Assembly: GCA_050949565.1 (NCBI GenBank)
Contig: JBMNFY010000015.1
Location: 32,001-96,000, forward strand
Length of the DNA: 64,000 bases
Origin: Kiritimatiellia bacterium
Lineage (GTDB): Bacteria; Verrucomicrobiota; Kiritimatiellia; RFP12; UBA1067
Direction: 5' to 3'
The first letter of the stretch is position 1. Every line of letters starts with the position of its first letter. The translations under genes and the position numbers were made by a program. The notes below the pieces were generated by a model. The model saw only the letters and a program-made list of their open reading frames with translations. It was not told the DNA's origin and did no database searches. Positions 10,579 through 21,406 of the stretch are shown piece by piece.

Positions 10579-10683
10579 CTACAATTTATCGATAAATGCG
10601 ACTCCCTCGATTGCGTAGCGAAAGCCGCCTATACCACAGAACAGGTCAATGAAGCGAACGGCCTTTTCTAAGCTCGAAACCAT
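10579..10683 (-). pseudogene. dcm: Truncated DNA (cytosine-5) methyltransferase (motif I only)
   Basis: Hand translation MVSSLEKAVRFIDLFCGIGGFRYAIEGVAFIDKL*; FIDLFCGIGG is the C5-MTase SAM-binding motif I. Confidence 0.8.
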
Positions 10684-10821
10684 GGTTGCGACTGTAACAC
10701 GGGAACGGCCACAAGTTCAAGCCCAACATCGCAACACGCAAGAGGGCACGGAAACGGGAGAAGTTCATTAGTGCCTTACGGCTCAAATTGCGACCACTGC
10801 GTGGTCGCAATAACGCGCGCG

Positions 10822-12258
10822 TCACGGTCGCGCCTCTGCCGCCGCAGGCGGCGCGTTGCTTCCCGTCGCCTCCCGCTGCTCTTGCGCCATCTCGCGCAGC
10901 ACGCGGTTGGTCTTGACCTTGCGCGCGATGTCAACGTAGACCAACAGCAGCATCAGCCCGATCAAAATGACGGCAAAGGTGTTGACCAGCGCGGCGACCA
11001 CTTTGGGGTGCGGCTTGCGGCGCGTGATGATCTCGTACAGCGCGAAGAGGATATGACCGCCGTCCAGCACTGGGAAGGGCAGCAGATTCAAGATCGCCAA
11101 GTTGACGCAGATCAGGCGCAGGAAACCCAGCCCGTCAATCAAACTGCCGCGCACCGTACTGTAGAGCCCCATCACAATCGCCACCGGCCCGCCGATGTTG
11201 CGCGCGACGGCCTTGCGCTCACCTGGCGATTCAGGCGCGAACAGCGCCTGCAAAACCCGCACTACCGAAAGCGAATCCCATTTGATCTGTTGCCACGGAT
11301 CGCGGTACATCATCCACGGCTTTACGCGCTCGCGCCCGTCACTCCAGCGGATGCCGACCAGATAGCGCTTGGCATCTTCCTCATATCTGGGTGTCACCGA
11401 GAGCTGCATGTGCTCGGCGCCTCGCTTCAATGTGAGCAGCGCCGGTTTTGCACCCCGCTTGGCGATCAGCGATGAAAAGTGGTACGCGCCCATCACCGGC
11501 GTCTCGTCTACAGCAAGGATCACATCCTTGACTTGCATTCCGCTCTGCGCGGCCGGCGAGCCGGGAATCACCTCGTTCACCTCGCAGCGCGCTTCGGGGA
11601 AGACGCCGGCGAGTACTCGCACACCCAGCACGTTGTTGGTCTCGAACGCGATGGTCAGATCGTGGCGTGCGCCGTCGCGCAGCACGCCGAAGGTCGCCTC
11701 GTTGGCGCCGCCCGCCAGTTGCCACTCCACCTGTAAGTCAGTCCAGTTCGTCACCTTGTGCCCGTTGACACTCTCGATGCGGTCGCCGGTGCGCAGTCCC
11801 GCCTCCCAGGCCGCCGTCCCTTCCTCCACCAGCCCAATGCGCGTATCCAACGCGCCGGTTCGCACGCCCGGCATCCAAGCAATGCATAAAGCCAGCGCCA
11901 CCGCCAGCACCATATTGCCGAACGGCCCCGCCACCGCAACCACGATCCGCCGCCACGCCGCAATATCGGGCAGGTCATCGCGCGACGCCTCGCCGTTGCC
12001 ACCCTGCACCTTTTCCATACCGGAAGGATCAAGTTGCGGCAACGCCACATACCCGCCGAAAGGTATGCATCCGATCTTATACTCCACACCGTTGACGGTG
12101 CGCTTCCAAAGCGCCGGTCCGAAGCCGATTGCAAAGGCGTCCACCTGCAGACCCATCCAACGCGCAGCCAGAAAATGACCGAACTCGTGGATGAAAATCG
12201 CCAAACCGAACAGCAGGAGCACACACGCGCCCGCTAAGACCGACAACAAAAACTCCAT
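10822..12258 (-). CDS. rseP: RIP metalloprotease RseP
   Basis: HEFGH, two PDZ-like segments, NLAILNLLPFPVLDGG. Confidence 0.96.
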   Translation of the reverse strand: MEFLLSVLAGACVLLLFGLAIFIHEFGHFLAARWMGLQVDAFAIGFGPALWKRTVNGVEYKIGCIPFGGYVALPQLDPSGMEKVQGGNGEASRDDLPDIAAWRRIVVAVAGPFGNMVLAVALALCIAWMPGVRTGALDTRIGLVEEGTAAWEAGLRTGDRIESVNGHKVTNWTDLQVEWQLAGGANEATFGVLRDGARHDLTIAFETNNVLGVRVLAGVFPEARCEVNEVIPGSPAAQSGMQVKDVILAVDETPVMGAYHFSSLIAKRGAKPALLTLKRGAEHMQLSVTPRYEEDAKRYLVGIRWSDGRERVKPWMMYRDPWQQIKWDSLSVVRVLQALFAPESPGERKAVARNIGGPVAIVMGLYSTVRGSLIDGLGFLRLICVNLAILNLLPFPVLDGGHILFALYEIITRRKPHPKVVAALVNTFAVILIGLMLLLVYVDIARKVKTNRVLREMAQEQREATGSNAPPAAAEARP

Positions 12259-12294
12259 GATACTCCACCACTCTTTCCCGGCCCGGATCCGTGA

Positions 12295-13515
12295 TCAGGC
12301 CAAAACTTTATCCGCGTCCCGCATGCCGCATCGCTCGGAAGCCGCGATGCGCGCCCAGGTGTCCGCCTCTACAATCGCCTCGTACGTTGCGGCGGGCTGC
12401 ACCGCATGCGCGTCCATCACTTGTTCGACCGTCCGCCAGATGCCGGCAAATGGGATCGCACCCGCCAGGAACGCCTCGACCGCCACCTCGTCCGCCGCGT
12501 TAAGCACTGCCGGCAACGTACCGCCAATGGCCGCCGCCTCGCGTGCCAGCCGTAAGCAGGGGAAACGCGACTCGTCCGGCGCTTCGAACGTCAGACGGCC
12601 TTGGCTCACCAGATCCAGCGGCGGCATCGCGACGGCCAGGCGGTCGGGCCAGGTCAGCGCGTACTGAATCGGGAAGCGCATATCCGGCACCGAAAGCTGC
12701 GCCAACTGCGTTCCGTCCACAAAGGTCACCAGCGAATGCACGATGCTTTCGGGGTGTACGACCACCCCGACCCGCGTAGCAGGCATGTTAAAAAGCCACT
12801 GCGCCTCCATGATCTCCAAGCCCTTGTTCATCATGGTAGCCGAGTCGATCGTCACCTTGCGCCCCATGTTCCAGCACGGATGATCCAGTGCCTGTTCGGG
12901 TGTCACCCGTTCGAAATCAATCTCGCGCTGCGCCGCGAAAGGTCCGCCCGAAGCGGTGAGCGTAAGGCACGTCACGCGCTCTTCGGCCGCCGGTTCATTG
13001 TCGTGCGTACGCACACAAGCCGGAGAGAAGGCAGAGGATTGCAGGCACTGGAAGAGTGCGCTGTGCTCGCTGTCCACCGGCAACAGCCTAACGCCAGCCT
13101 CAGCACGCCGCCGCATGACCAGTTCGCCGGCCGCGACCAGCACCTCCTTGGTGGCCAGCGCCACATCCTTGCCCGCCTCCAGTGCCGTCAACACCGGTTG
13201 CAGACCGGACAGGCCCACCAACGCGCAGAGCACGGTATCGGCCACCGCCAGTCCGGCTAGCGCCGTCACGCCCTCCGCGCCACCCCAGACCTGAATGCCG
13301 TGCGGACGCGCCAGCGCCTCCGCCTCGGCGGCAGCGGTCCGGCTCCCGACCGCGACCACCTTCACGCCGAACTGCAACGCCTGCTCAATCACGCGCTTGA
13401 CCTTTGTATGCGTGGCAAGGCCGACCACCCGCACCGCATGCGGCAGAGCCTCGGCGACCTTGAGCGTGTTTTCGCCGATTGAGCCCGTACTTCCGAGTAT
13501 GACGACAGACCTCAT
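12295..13515 (-). CDS. dxr: 1-deoxy-D-xylulose-5-phosphate reductoisomerase
   Basis: ILGSTGSIG, LPVDSEHSA, LTASGGPF, MGRKVTIDSATMMNKGLE. Confidence 0.98.
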   Translation of the reverse strand: MRSVVILGSTGSIGENTLKVAEALPHAVRVVGLATHTKVKRVIEQALQFGVKVVAVGSRTAAAEAEALARPHGIQVWGGAEGVTALAGLAVADTVLCALVGLSGLQPVLTALEAGKDVALATKEVLVAAGELVMRRRAEAGVRLLPVDSEHSALFQCLQSSAFSPACVRTHDNEPAAEERVTCLTLTASGGPFAAQREIDFERVTPEQALDHPCWNMGRKVTIDSATMMNKGLEIMEAQWLFNMPATRVGVVVHPESIVHSLVTFVDGTQLAQLSVPDMRFPIQYALTWPDRLAVAMPPLDLVSQGRLTFEAPDESRFPCLRLAREAAAIGGTLPAVLNAADEVAVEAFLAGAIPFAGIWRTVEQVMDAHAVQPAATYEAIVEADTWARIAASERCGMRDADKVLA

Positions 13516-14417
13516 GGCGATATTGATTGTCCGACAAACCAAGCGAGATAGAAATAGAGGACCGCGGGCGTGAAGGTCAGGCTGTCGAACATGTCAAGGA
13601 TACCGCCGCCACCGCCCGGCAGCAGACCGGCGGAGTCCTTAGTGTTTGCCGAACGTTTAAACATCGACTCGATCAAATCTCCCATCGCACCGACCACCCC
13701 CAGCACCGCACCCAAGATCAGCGCATGCGGCACATTCAGCGCGGTCAGCGGGCCGCCTGGCAACCAGGTGTAGTGTTTCGCCGCCTGGATCATCGCCACG
13801 CTCACGAGCATGGCAGCAGCGATCCCACCGAAAAAGCCCTCCCATGATTTTTTAGGCGAGATGCGCGGAAACATCTTGTGGCGCCCCCACGTGACCCCGA
13901 CCGCAAAAGCCCCCACGTCGCTGAACTTCACGACCGCTGCCAAGTAAGAGGCCAGATACACACCGACGCGCGCCGAGGGAATCTCAAACATCGAGTCTGC
14001 CCCCCATTGCGCCAACCGGATAAAAAAACTGAGCATAAAGGGCAGATAGAAGAAACCCAGCAGCGTGACGCCCGTGTGTTCGACCGGCCGTGCGATCCGC
14101 GAGTCAAACAGCACACGCAACAGCAACGCGAAGATCAATGCCGCCAGCACCAGCGTTTCGAACTGATGGCCCATCGGCAGTTCGTATGCCGCGCAGGGCG
14201 GAAAGGCGTAACAGGCGATCAGCCACACTGCGCCCATCGCCATGCCGCCGTTGCGGCTGACCGGATGGCCGTTACGTTTCATCATCTGGTAGAACTCGTT
14301 CTGGCAGGCGCAGGACATCAACAGCAACACACCGAAAAGCATCCAGCCCGGCATATAGCATAACGCAATAAGCCAGGCCGCCCCAACCAGCACACCCGTG
14401 ACAACTCGTTTCGTCAA
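13512..14417 (-). CDS. cdsA: Phosphatidate cytidylyltransferase
   Basis: SDVGAF, ISPKKSWEG, GDLIESMFKR...KDS...GGILDMFDS; operon context. Confidence 0.95.
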   Translation of the reverse strand: MTKRVVTGVLVGAAWLIALCYMPGWMLFGVLLLMSCACQNEFYQMMKRNGHPVSRNGGMAMGAVWLIACYAFPPCAAYELPMGHQFETLVLAALIFALLLRVLFDSRIARPVEHTGVTLLGFFYLPFMLSFFIRLAQWGADSMFEIPSARVGVYLASYLAAVVKFSDVGAFAVGVTWGRHKMFPRISPKKSWEGFFGGIAAAMLVSVAMIQAAKHYTWLPGGPLTALNVPHALILGAVLGVVGAMGDLIESMFKRSANTKDSAGLLPGGGGGILDMFDSLTFTPAVLYFYLAWFVGQSISP

Positions 14418-15178
14418 GATTCCTGCTCCTGCTTAGACCGCACCGTTTCCGCGCACGGCGTCCCCGACTCCACGCTGCCAAAACGGCGATCGCGTACGGC
14501 ATAAGCCGCTAGCGCCGCCTGGAAATCCGCCTCCCGGAAATCCGGCCACAGCACTGGGGTCACGTAGAACTCGCTGTAGGCGCACTGCCACAGCAAAAAA
14601 TTACTGATGCGCAACTCGCCGCTCGTGCGGATGATCAGATCCGGGTCCGGCACGTCCGGCGCATCGAGGCGCGCGGCCACGACAGCCTCGTCGACCTCTT
14701 CCGGCGCGAGCGTTCCAGCCTTGACCTCTTCGGCAATGCGCCGCGCGGCACGTGCCAATTCGCTACGTCCACTGTAGCTGAGCGCGACGATGAGCTGGCG
14801 GTCGAACGTGGCGGTCGCGCGTTCGATACGTGCCAGCGCCTGCTGCAATGAGCTTGAGAGGTCTTCGCGCCGTCCGATCACACGCAAACGCACCCGGCGC
14901 TCGATCATCTCGCGCTCGTACTTGTCAATGAACGTGCGGAGCAATGTCATCAACCCCGACACCTCCGCCTGTGGACGCGACCAATTTTCGGTGCTGAAGG
15001 CATAAAGCGTGAGGTAATTGATCCCGGCATCACGGCAGTAATCGAGCACACAACGTACCGTCTCGGCACCGGCCTCATGTCCGGCGAGGCGCGGCTTTCC
15101 GCGCTGCCTGGCCCAGCGACCGTTGCCATCCATGATGATGGCAACATGCGCTGGCACTCTATTGGCTGGTTTTTCCAC
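14414..15178 (-). CDS. uppS: Undecaprenyl diphosphate synthase
   Basis: HVAIIMDGNGRWA, YAFSTENWSRP, IRTSGELRISNFLLWQ. Confidence 0.98.
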   Translation of the reverse strand: MEKPANRVPAHVAIIMDGNGRWARQRGKPRLAGHEAGAETVRCVLDYCRDAGINYLTLYAFSTENWSRPQAEVSGLMTLLRTFIDKYEREMIERRVRLRVIGRREDLSSSLQQALARIERATATFDRQLIVALSYSGRSELARAARRIAEEVKAGTLAPEEVDEAVVAARLDAPDVPDPDLIIRTSGELRISNFLLWQCAYSEFYVTPVLWPDFREADFQAALAAYAVRDRRFGSVESGTPCAETVRSKQEQES

Positions 15179-15236
15179 CGTGCGACTTCCCGCCTTCCGC
15201 GTTTATGCGTTGAGGGTCCGCCCATCTCTTTAGTTT

Positions 15237-16517
15237 TTACAACCCGAGGCGCAACGTGGTCTCACGCGCCGGCCCAACAGAGAGGATGCCCAATCGGCCG
15301 CCGATCAGCGATACCAGGCGCTCAACGTAGGCGCGCGCCTTAATCGGAAGCTCCTCGTAACGCGTGCAGGTACTGGTCGATGTCATCCAACCCGGCATCT
15401 CCTCATAAACCGGCGTACAGCGCTCCAGAGTACTCAGATCCGCTGGGAAGGTCTCATAGCGTACACCGTCGTCGCGCTCGTATGCGGTACAGATTTTGAT
15501 GGTCGGCAGTTCGTCCAGCACGTCCAACTTGGTCATAGCCCAGAAATCTACGCCGTTGACCATGGCGGAGTAACGGCCCACGACCGCGTCAAACCAGCCG
15601 CAACGCCGGGGACGTCCGGTGGTCGTGCCGAACTCGCCACCCTTCTGGCGCAGATGCTCGCCGGTAGCGTCGGTCAATTCGGTGGGGAACGGTCCCGCGC
15701 CGACGCGCGTCGTGTAGCACTTGATCACGCCAACCACCCGGTCTATCCTGCGCGGCGAAAGCCCCGAGCCCGTGCAGGCACCGCCAGCCGAAGGATTGGA
15801 CGATGTCACAAAGGGATAGGTTCCGAAATCGATGTCCAGCATGGTGCCCTGCGCACCTTCCATTAAAATGCTCTTGCCGGCACGGTCAGCGGCATTCACA
15901 AGTGCCACCGTGTCCGCGATGTAGGGCTTCAGCGTCTCAGCCGCCTGCGTGTAGGCCGATACCGTCTCCTGCACGTCCAGCGTCGGCGCGCCCCGGCTTG
16001 CGAGGATCGTGTTCGCTTCTTCAACCCCGGACCGGACCTGATCCAGAAACCGGGGGCTCAGCATTTCGCCAACACGCAGGCCGACGCGGCTCATTTTGGA
16101 ACCGTAGGCCGGTCCGATACCGCGCCCCGTGGTGCCAATCTTACGCTCTTGCGAACGGCGCGCCTCGTCGGCCGCATCCAATGCACGATGCCAACGCATC
16201 ACCATGTGTGTGCGGTCGCTGATCGCCAGGCGGCCTTGCAAATCAAAGCCCCGCGCTTGCAAGCCTTCGATCTCCTGAATCAGGTCGAAGGGATCCATCA
16301 CCACACCGTTGCCAATCACGCACTGTTTGTCGGGATGCAGGATACCGGAAGGGATCAGATGCAGGACATACTTCTCGCCCTCCGCAATCACGGTGTGCCC
16401 GGCGTTGCTACCGCCTTGAAACCGTACAACCACATCCGCCTGTGACGTCAGGACATCAATCACCTTGCCCTTACCTTCGTCACCCCACTGCGCACCCACC
16501 AAAATCGTATTCGGCAT
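15237..16517 (-). CDS. purA: Adenylosuccinate synthetase
   Basis: GAQWGDEGKGK, GGSNAGHT, EGAQG, GTTTGRPRRCGW. Confidence 0.99.
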   Translation of the reverse strand: MPNTILVGAQWGDEGKGKVIDVLTSQADVVVRFQGGSNAGHTVIAEGEKYVLHLIPSGILHPDKQCVIGNGVVMDPFDLIQEIEGLQARGFDLQGRLAISDRTHMVMRWHRALDAADEARRSQERKIGTTGRGIGPAYGSKMSRVGLRVGEMLSPRFLDQVRSGVEEANTILASRGAPTLDVQETVSAYTQAAETLKPYIADTVALVNAADRAGKSILMEGAQGTMLDIDFGTYPFVTSSNPSAGGACTGSGLSPRRIDRVVGVIKCYTTRVGAGPFPTELTDATGEHLRQKGGEFGTTTGRPRRCGWFDAVVGRYSAMVNGVDFWAMTKLDVLDELPTIKICTAYERDDGVRYETFPADLSTLERCTPVYEEMPGWMTSTSTCTRYEELPIKARAYVERLVSLIGGRLGILSVGPARETTLRLGL

Positions 16518-16547
16518 AAAAACTCCCAATGAACGGTCTACCGGCCG

Positions 16548-17948
16548 CTATAGCCTTTTGTGAACAACAGCCGTAGAGTGTACCCTATTCTGTGCGGTCG
16601 GGGCAACCTTTCGCTGCACCTTTCGCTGCACCTCTGCACCTTTCGCTGCACCTTTCGCTGCATCATGTTCCAGCAGCCAGCGCCAGAGTGGCACGATGCG
16701 GACACCATCGCGCTCGCCTTCCTCGTTCCATGTGACCAGCGTGCGTCCGGCTTTCGGATGCAAGGGCAGGGCGTCAGCCAGCCCTCGGAATTCCCTGGCG
16801 GCAGTCTCTGCGTCCGCCAGCGACCAGCACGCCTGCACGAATTGCCATCCGTCTCCGTCTTTATAGACAAAGTCGACGCCGGTCTTCTGCGGTGTCACGA
16901 CATAATCCGGACAAAAACCGCCGGCTCTCAACGTCGTGAAGACCACGCCTTCAAGCGCCGCGCCCCTGTCGCCCGTGATCCCCGAAGAGAAGGCCCGACA
17001 CAACCCCGTGTCAGCAGCATATACCTTTTTTGGATTGACCTGCCTCCGGTTCAATGACCGGTCATGTACTTCCACAGGAAAGCAGAAAAAGGCATCATGC
17101 AGATGATCCAGTACGTCGAACAACAAATTCTTGCCGCACGCGATGCCTGCCTGCGAAAACGTCGCCGCAAGCCGCGTCACGCTCAAAAGCTGTCCGGGAT
17201 TCTGCACGATGTGACGCGCAAGAGCCTTTACCGCCGCATAGTTCCCCAACCCGTGCCGTTCGATCACGTCACGCAGGATCACCACGTCCGCATATTCCTG
17301 AAGCACTGTCCGCCAGATGTCCTCTTCGCATTTCTGGACTTCAGGAAACCCCCCCGTGCGCAGGTAACCTTCCGCCGCCTTCGCCAGCGCGTAACGGTCG
17401 CGGTCGCCGTAGACCGACCGCTCCGGCACATGCACGTCCTGAAATCGGCAGTACTCGCAGAATGACAACGGGAACACCTCGGTAGCCAGCGACCGCCCGC
17501 GCATGGCCGTACCGATCTCCCGGCTTAAAAGCTTCGCCGAAGAGCCGGTCAGCATGACCTCCACCCGCTCATTGTCTAGAATGCGCCGGATGAACAGTTC
17601 CCACTGGTCGACTCGCTGGATCTCGTCGAAGAAAAACCAGCAGGTCTGTTCCTTGAGCGCAGGATTGGCACCGTAAAAAGCTTCGACAATCCACTGCAGG
17701 TCGCCTACCCGCACATGCGCAAGGCGGTCGTCCTCAAAATTCAGATATAGCAGCCGCTCGCGCGCCACCCCCGCGGCCAACAGCTCGCGCATGGTCTGAA
17801 AACAGAGCGATGTCTTACCTGTCCGCCGCATGCCGGTCAGCACGGAAACCTTACCCGCCATCTTTTTAATGCAGATATCACGCGGCACCGTCTCGGGTAT
17901 CCGCCGCGTCAACGCCTCGCCCACCAGCCTTTCAATCACCGTTCTCAT
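16548..17948 (-). CDS. AAA+ ATPase (AAA_14 plus DUF4143 family)
   Basis: Walker A GMRRTGKT, YLNFEDDR, FFDEIQ, TGSSAKLL, GGFPE, PKKVY..DTG, VDFV...QAC; start reassigned to MRTVIE. Confidence 0.9.
   Translation of the reverse strand: MRTVIERLVGEALTRRIPETVPRDICIKKMAGKVSVLTGMRRTGKTSLCFQTMRELLAAGVARERLLYLNFEDDRLAHVRVGDLQWIVEAFYGANPALKEQTCWFFFDEIQRVDQWELFIRRILDNERVEVMLTGSSAKLLSREIGTAMRGRSLATEVFPLSFCEYCRFQDVHVPERSVYGDRDRYALAKAAEGYLRTGGFPEVQKCEEDIWRTVLQEYADVVILRDVIERHGLGNYAAVKALARHIVQNPGQLLSVTRLAATFSQAGIACGKNLLFDVLDHLHDAFFCFPVEVHDRSLNRRQVNPKKVYAADTGLCRAFSSGITGDRGAALEGVVFTTLRAGGFCPDYVVTPQKTGVDFVYKDGDGWQFVQACWSLADAETAAREFRGLADALPLHPKAGRTLVTWNEEGERDGVRIVPLWRWLLEHDAAKGAAKGAEVQRKVQRKVAPTAQNRVHSTAVVHKRL
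16608..16662. repeat. 12-bp tandem repeat CCTTTCGCTGCA inside the ATPase 3' end
   Basis: Four full units plus one shortened unit; encodes AAKGAAKGAEVQRKVQRKV. Confidence 0.8.
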
Positions 17949-18251
17949 GGTGACAATATATCTCTCTTTCAGGTACGGTTTCAAGCAAAACCGTCTTTTT
18001 TTGAAAGATACTTTTTCCGCCGCCGCGCTGCGAGTATCCCTGCGGGGCACAGCCGCGCTGCGCGCGGAAGGGCTCTTTTCTGGGCTGTCTCCTCGCACAC
18101 CACCATTGCATGTCCTGTGCGCTCCCGACGCTCGCCCTCCCGCCCGTTTTTACACTCATCATTGCGACCAGCCCTGCCTCCTAAAAAAACTCTGCGTCTC
18201 TGCGTCTCTGCGTTAAAAATCGAGCATCGCCCTCTCAAAGACCTCGTCGTT

Positions 18252-19034
18252 TTAGGAGCGGCCCCGGATCTTTCCTGTGACCAGATACGCGCGGTACGCC
18301 CAGTATCCGATAAGCTCCTTCTGGACTGCTGAACTCTTGTTGAGACAGTCGGCTGTCGGCAAATAATAGGTTAAGCATGAAGGGGAGAGCATGCCGCGCG
18401 TCGACAGTGCTTCGTAGTCCGTGGCGGCCGGTATCGCCTCCACACCCATGTGTTTGAAAACCAGCAGCGAACGCCGCATGTGCCACGCCGAGGTGACCAG
18501 AAGGACGCGTTTGGCTTTGATCTCCTTGAGCTTTTCGCGCGTGAACAGGCTGTTTTGATAGGTGTTTTTGCTGTCGGTCTCCAGCACGATTTTATCTGCA
18601 GGCACCTTGAGATCAATCAGGAACCGGCGCATGCCGGGGCCCTCGCCGACGCCCGAAAAAAGGATCAACGGCGCTCGACCCGCATGGTAACAGCGCGCCG
18701 CGTGCCAGCCGCGGTCAGCCGCAGTGGTCAGATCGGCATCGGGCGTCAGGTGCGTCGGCGATTTGATGCCGCCGCCCAGTACGACGATTGCGTCGGCGCG
18801 CGGCAACGACTCCGGCTTGGCCGGGGGATAGGCCCGCTCCAACGCGCCGCCGATCAGAATGAAGAACCACGGCGACGCCCAGACCCACAGCCACACCACC
18901 GACAGCGCCAACGCCCACAGGCCGCGCCGCAGATGATCACGCCATACCCAGTAGCCGCCCAGCAGCACGCCGAACACCGCCAGCGTCAACGGGCTCAAAA
19001 ACCAAGTGATGAACTTCATCAAATTGAATAACAC
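18252..19034 (-). CDS. YdcF/ElyC (DUF218) family membrane protein
   Basis: AIVVLGGG, E..SKNTYQN, LVTSAWHMRRS, KELIG. Confidence 0.9.
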   Translation of the reverse strand: MLFNLMKFITWFLSPLTLAVFGVLLGGYWVWRDHLRRGLWALALSVVWLWVWASPWFFILIGGALERAYPPAKPESLPRADAIVVLGGGIKSPTHLTPDADLTTAADRGWHAARCYHAGRAPLILFSGVGEGPGMRRFLIDLKVPADKIVLETDSKNTYQNSLFTREKLKEIKAKRVLLVTSAWHMRRSLLVFKHMGVEAIPAATDYEALSTRGMLSPSCLTYYLPTADCLNKSSAVQKELIGYWAYRAYLVTGKIRGRS

Positions 19035-19037
19035 GGT

Positions 19038-19454
19038 CTACTCCCCGATGATCTTGACCAGTACGCGCTTGTTACGCAACCCGTCGAATTCACCGTAAAA
19101 AATCTGCTCCCACGGCCCGAAGTCCAGCCGACCTTCGGTCACCGCCACGACCACCTCGCGGCCCATAATCTGCCGTTTCAGATGCGCATCGGCGTTGTCC
19201 TCCGCGCCGTTGTGCGCGTACTGGCTGTGCGGCTTTTCCGGCGCCAACTGCTCCAGCCAGTGCTCGAAATCGGCGTGCAGCCCTCGTTCATCATCGTTGA
19301 TAAACACACTTGCCGTAATGTGCATGGCGTTGACCAGACAGAGTCCTTCACGGATTCCGCTCTCACGCAGGCACGCATCCACTTCCGGCGTGATGTTAAT
19401 GTACGCCCGTCGGCTCGGCGCCTTGAACCACAACTCCTTGCGAAAACTTTTCAT
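19038..19454 (-). CDS. yjbQ: YjbQ family secondary thiamine-phosphate synthase
   Basis: [30 protein letters not shown]. Confidence 0.93.
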   Translation of the reverse strand: MKSFRKELWFKAPSRRAYINITPEVDACLRESGIREGLCLVNAMHITASVFINDDERGLHADFEHWLEQLAPEKPHSQYAHNGAEDNADAHLKRQIMGREVVVAVTEGRLDFGPWEQIFYGEFDGLRNKRVLVKIIGE

Positions 19455-21406
19455 TTCTCATCCTCCTTCTCATGCTGCGTCTGTGGTGCGGCTTTCGCCT
19501 CGCACAACAATTTCTCCTCACACGCCCAAAGCAGCACGCACAAACCCGCCTCGCTCAGCACGCGCACCACATGCGCTTGTTTCGCTTCGTCCATCAGGCA
19601 GGTGATAATTACGCCATCTACCTGCTGCTGGGGCAACCACTCGTCTAAGCGGTCGAAACCGCCGATCACCCGGTGTCCGGAGATGATCCGACCGCGCAGG
19701 TTGATGTCATCATCGATGATCCCAATAATGACCCGATCGTTCAATCCGGGGCGCACCCGCAACTCTCGCAGATAGCTTCTGAAGCGGATGCCGCCTCCGT
19801 AGGCCAGCAGGCGTTTCACGTCGGGCTTCTTGAACAGGATCTTCCGTTCCAAAGACTGTGTCAGGCCACTCACGCTGTCGCGCCACAGGCGGATCGCACA
19901 CAGCGGAATCATAGCTTGTGTGCCGAATAACAGCGTAAAGCGGCCCACATGCGGATGCTCCGCGCTGAACAGCCAAACCAGTCCGGCACCGATGGCGGCT
20001 CCCGCCGCCACGGCCACGCCGAGAATCGCAAAATCGCGGATCTGCGCCCGCGACCAGACACGCTGATAGACCTTCGCCACCACCAGCAGCACAAACACCG
20101 GCACCACATAACGCGGCAGGTCGGAAAGGAATGCCGCGCGGGAAAGCGGCAACCCCGTCTCCCAGCGCGCCAGCACCCACACCCCGCACAGCAGCAGCAC
20201 GTCCAATACGATATAGCACGGCACCAGTAGCCCTTGACGTATCGTTTTTCGCGTGCCAGAGAGCAACCGCCCCGTATCCCACAGTTCCACGCTCTCCAGG
20301 TGGCGCGCCACCACCGCAATCGCCACCACGAATGCGATCAGGAAAAGCCCCGGCGCACGCCCCTTCAGCAACGTGCCGATCAGCCCGAGCGCCACCAGTG
20401 CCACGCTTATCGTGTAGAGCATCACCGCCACGCTGCGCTGATTCATCGTCTGGCGCAGCAGCCGGTGGTGCAGATGGTCGCGGTCAGGCTGCATCACCCG
20501 CACACGGCCGCCCATTCCTCTGAGCGGCTGCGGCATCAGCGATCTGACCGACCGCCGCCAGATCGCCAGCATCGTATCGAAAATCGGTACGCCCATCGCC
20601 AGCAGCGGCATCCCAAGCGACGCCACCAACTCTTTGCGCGAGCCGCTCACTAACGGCAACGTCGCAATACATAGCCCCAGAAACATGCTACCCGAATCGC
20701 CAAGAAACACGGTAGCGGGATGGAAGTTATAGCGCAAAAACCCTAGACACGCACCGCACAACACCAAATAGGGCAGCGTTGCTGACGAGTTTCCGGTGAA
20801 CAGCAGCGCGCCCGCCAAGCCCGCCGAAGCGATCACCGCCAGCCCCGTCGCCAGCCCGTCCATGCCGTCAATCAGATTGAACGCATTCACCGCCCCGACA
20901 ATCCACAGCACCGTGACCAGACAATCCAGCCACGGCGGGAACGCCACCACGATTCCGCCCACATGCACCCCGGATGCATACAGGATCAGTGCCACCGCCG
21001 TCTGCCCGGCCAGCTTGACCATCGGGCGCATGCCGAATTTGTCATCGATGAGACCAATCACCACCAGCAGACCGGACGCCAGCAGAAAGCTCCGCTGCCA
21101 GTGGAGAGAAAACTGCTGACTGATCGGTTCGCCCGTCCATAGGACCAGCAACTCCAATGTCACATAAAAGGCTACAAAGATCGCGAGCCCGCCGCCGCGC
21201 GGTATTGGCACCTTGTTGATGCGGCGCGCACTCGGCTGGTCGACCATCCCGACCTTGCGCGCCGCCTCACGCAGTAGCGGCGTCAGCAGCAGCGAGATCG
21301 CCAACGCGCCGCCGAAGGCCGCCGCATACTTGACGCCGTCCGTCGCGATGCGCGCGATCACGTTCTCCGACGCCCTAACCCAATCTGTGACCCAATTGAC
21401 CGTCAT
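19451..21406 (-). CDS. wecA: WecA/TagO-type undecaprenyl-P GlcNAc-1-P transferase with C-terminal PglF-N-like (CoA-binding) extension
   Basis: [39 protein letters not shown]; extra C-terminal IIGIIDDD domain. Confidence 0.85.
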   Translation of the reverse strand: MTVNWVTDWVRASENVIARIATDGVKYAAAFGGALAISLLLTPLLREAARKVGMVDQPSARRINKVPIPRGGGLAIFVAFYVTLELLVLWTGEPISQQFSLHWQRSFLLASGLLVVIGLIDDKFGMRPMVKLAGQTAVALILYASGVHVGGIVVAFPPWLDCLVTVLWIVGAVNAFNLIDGMDGLATGLAVIASAGLAGALLFTGNSSATLPYLVLCGACLGFLRYNFHPATVFLGDSGSMFLGLCIATLPLVSGSRKELVASLGMPLLAMGVPIFDTMLAIWRRSVRSLMPQPLRGMGGRVRVMQPDRDHLHHRLLRQTMNQRSVAVMLYTISVALVALGLIGTLLKGRAPGLFLIAFVVAIAVVARHLESVELWDTGRLLSGTRKTIRQGLLVPCYIVLDVLLLCGVWVLARWETGLPLSRAAFLSDLPRYVVPVFVLLVVAKVYQRVWSRAQIRDFAILGVAVAAGAAIGAGLVWLFSAEHPHVGRFTLLFGTQAMIPLCAIRLWRDSVSGLTQSLERKILFKKPDVKRLLAYGGGIRFRSYLRELRVRPGLNDRVIIGIIDDDINLRGRIISGHRVIGGFDRLDEWLPQQQVDGVIITCLMDEAKQAHVVRVLSEAGLCVLLWACEEKLLCEAKAAPQTQHEKEDEK

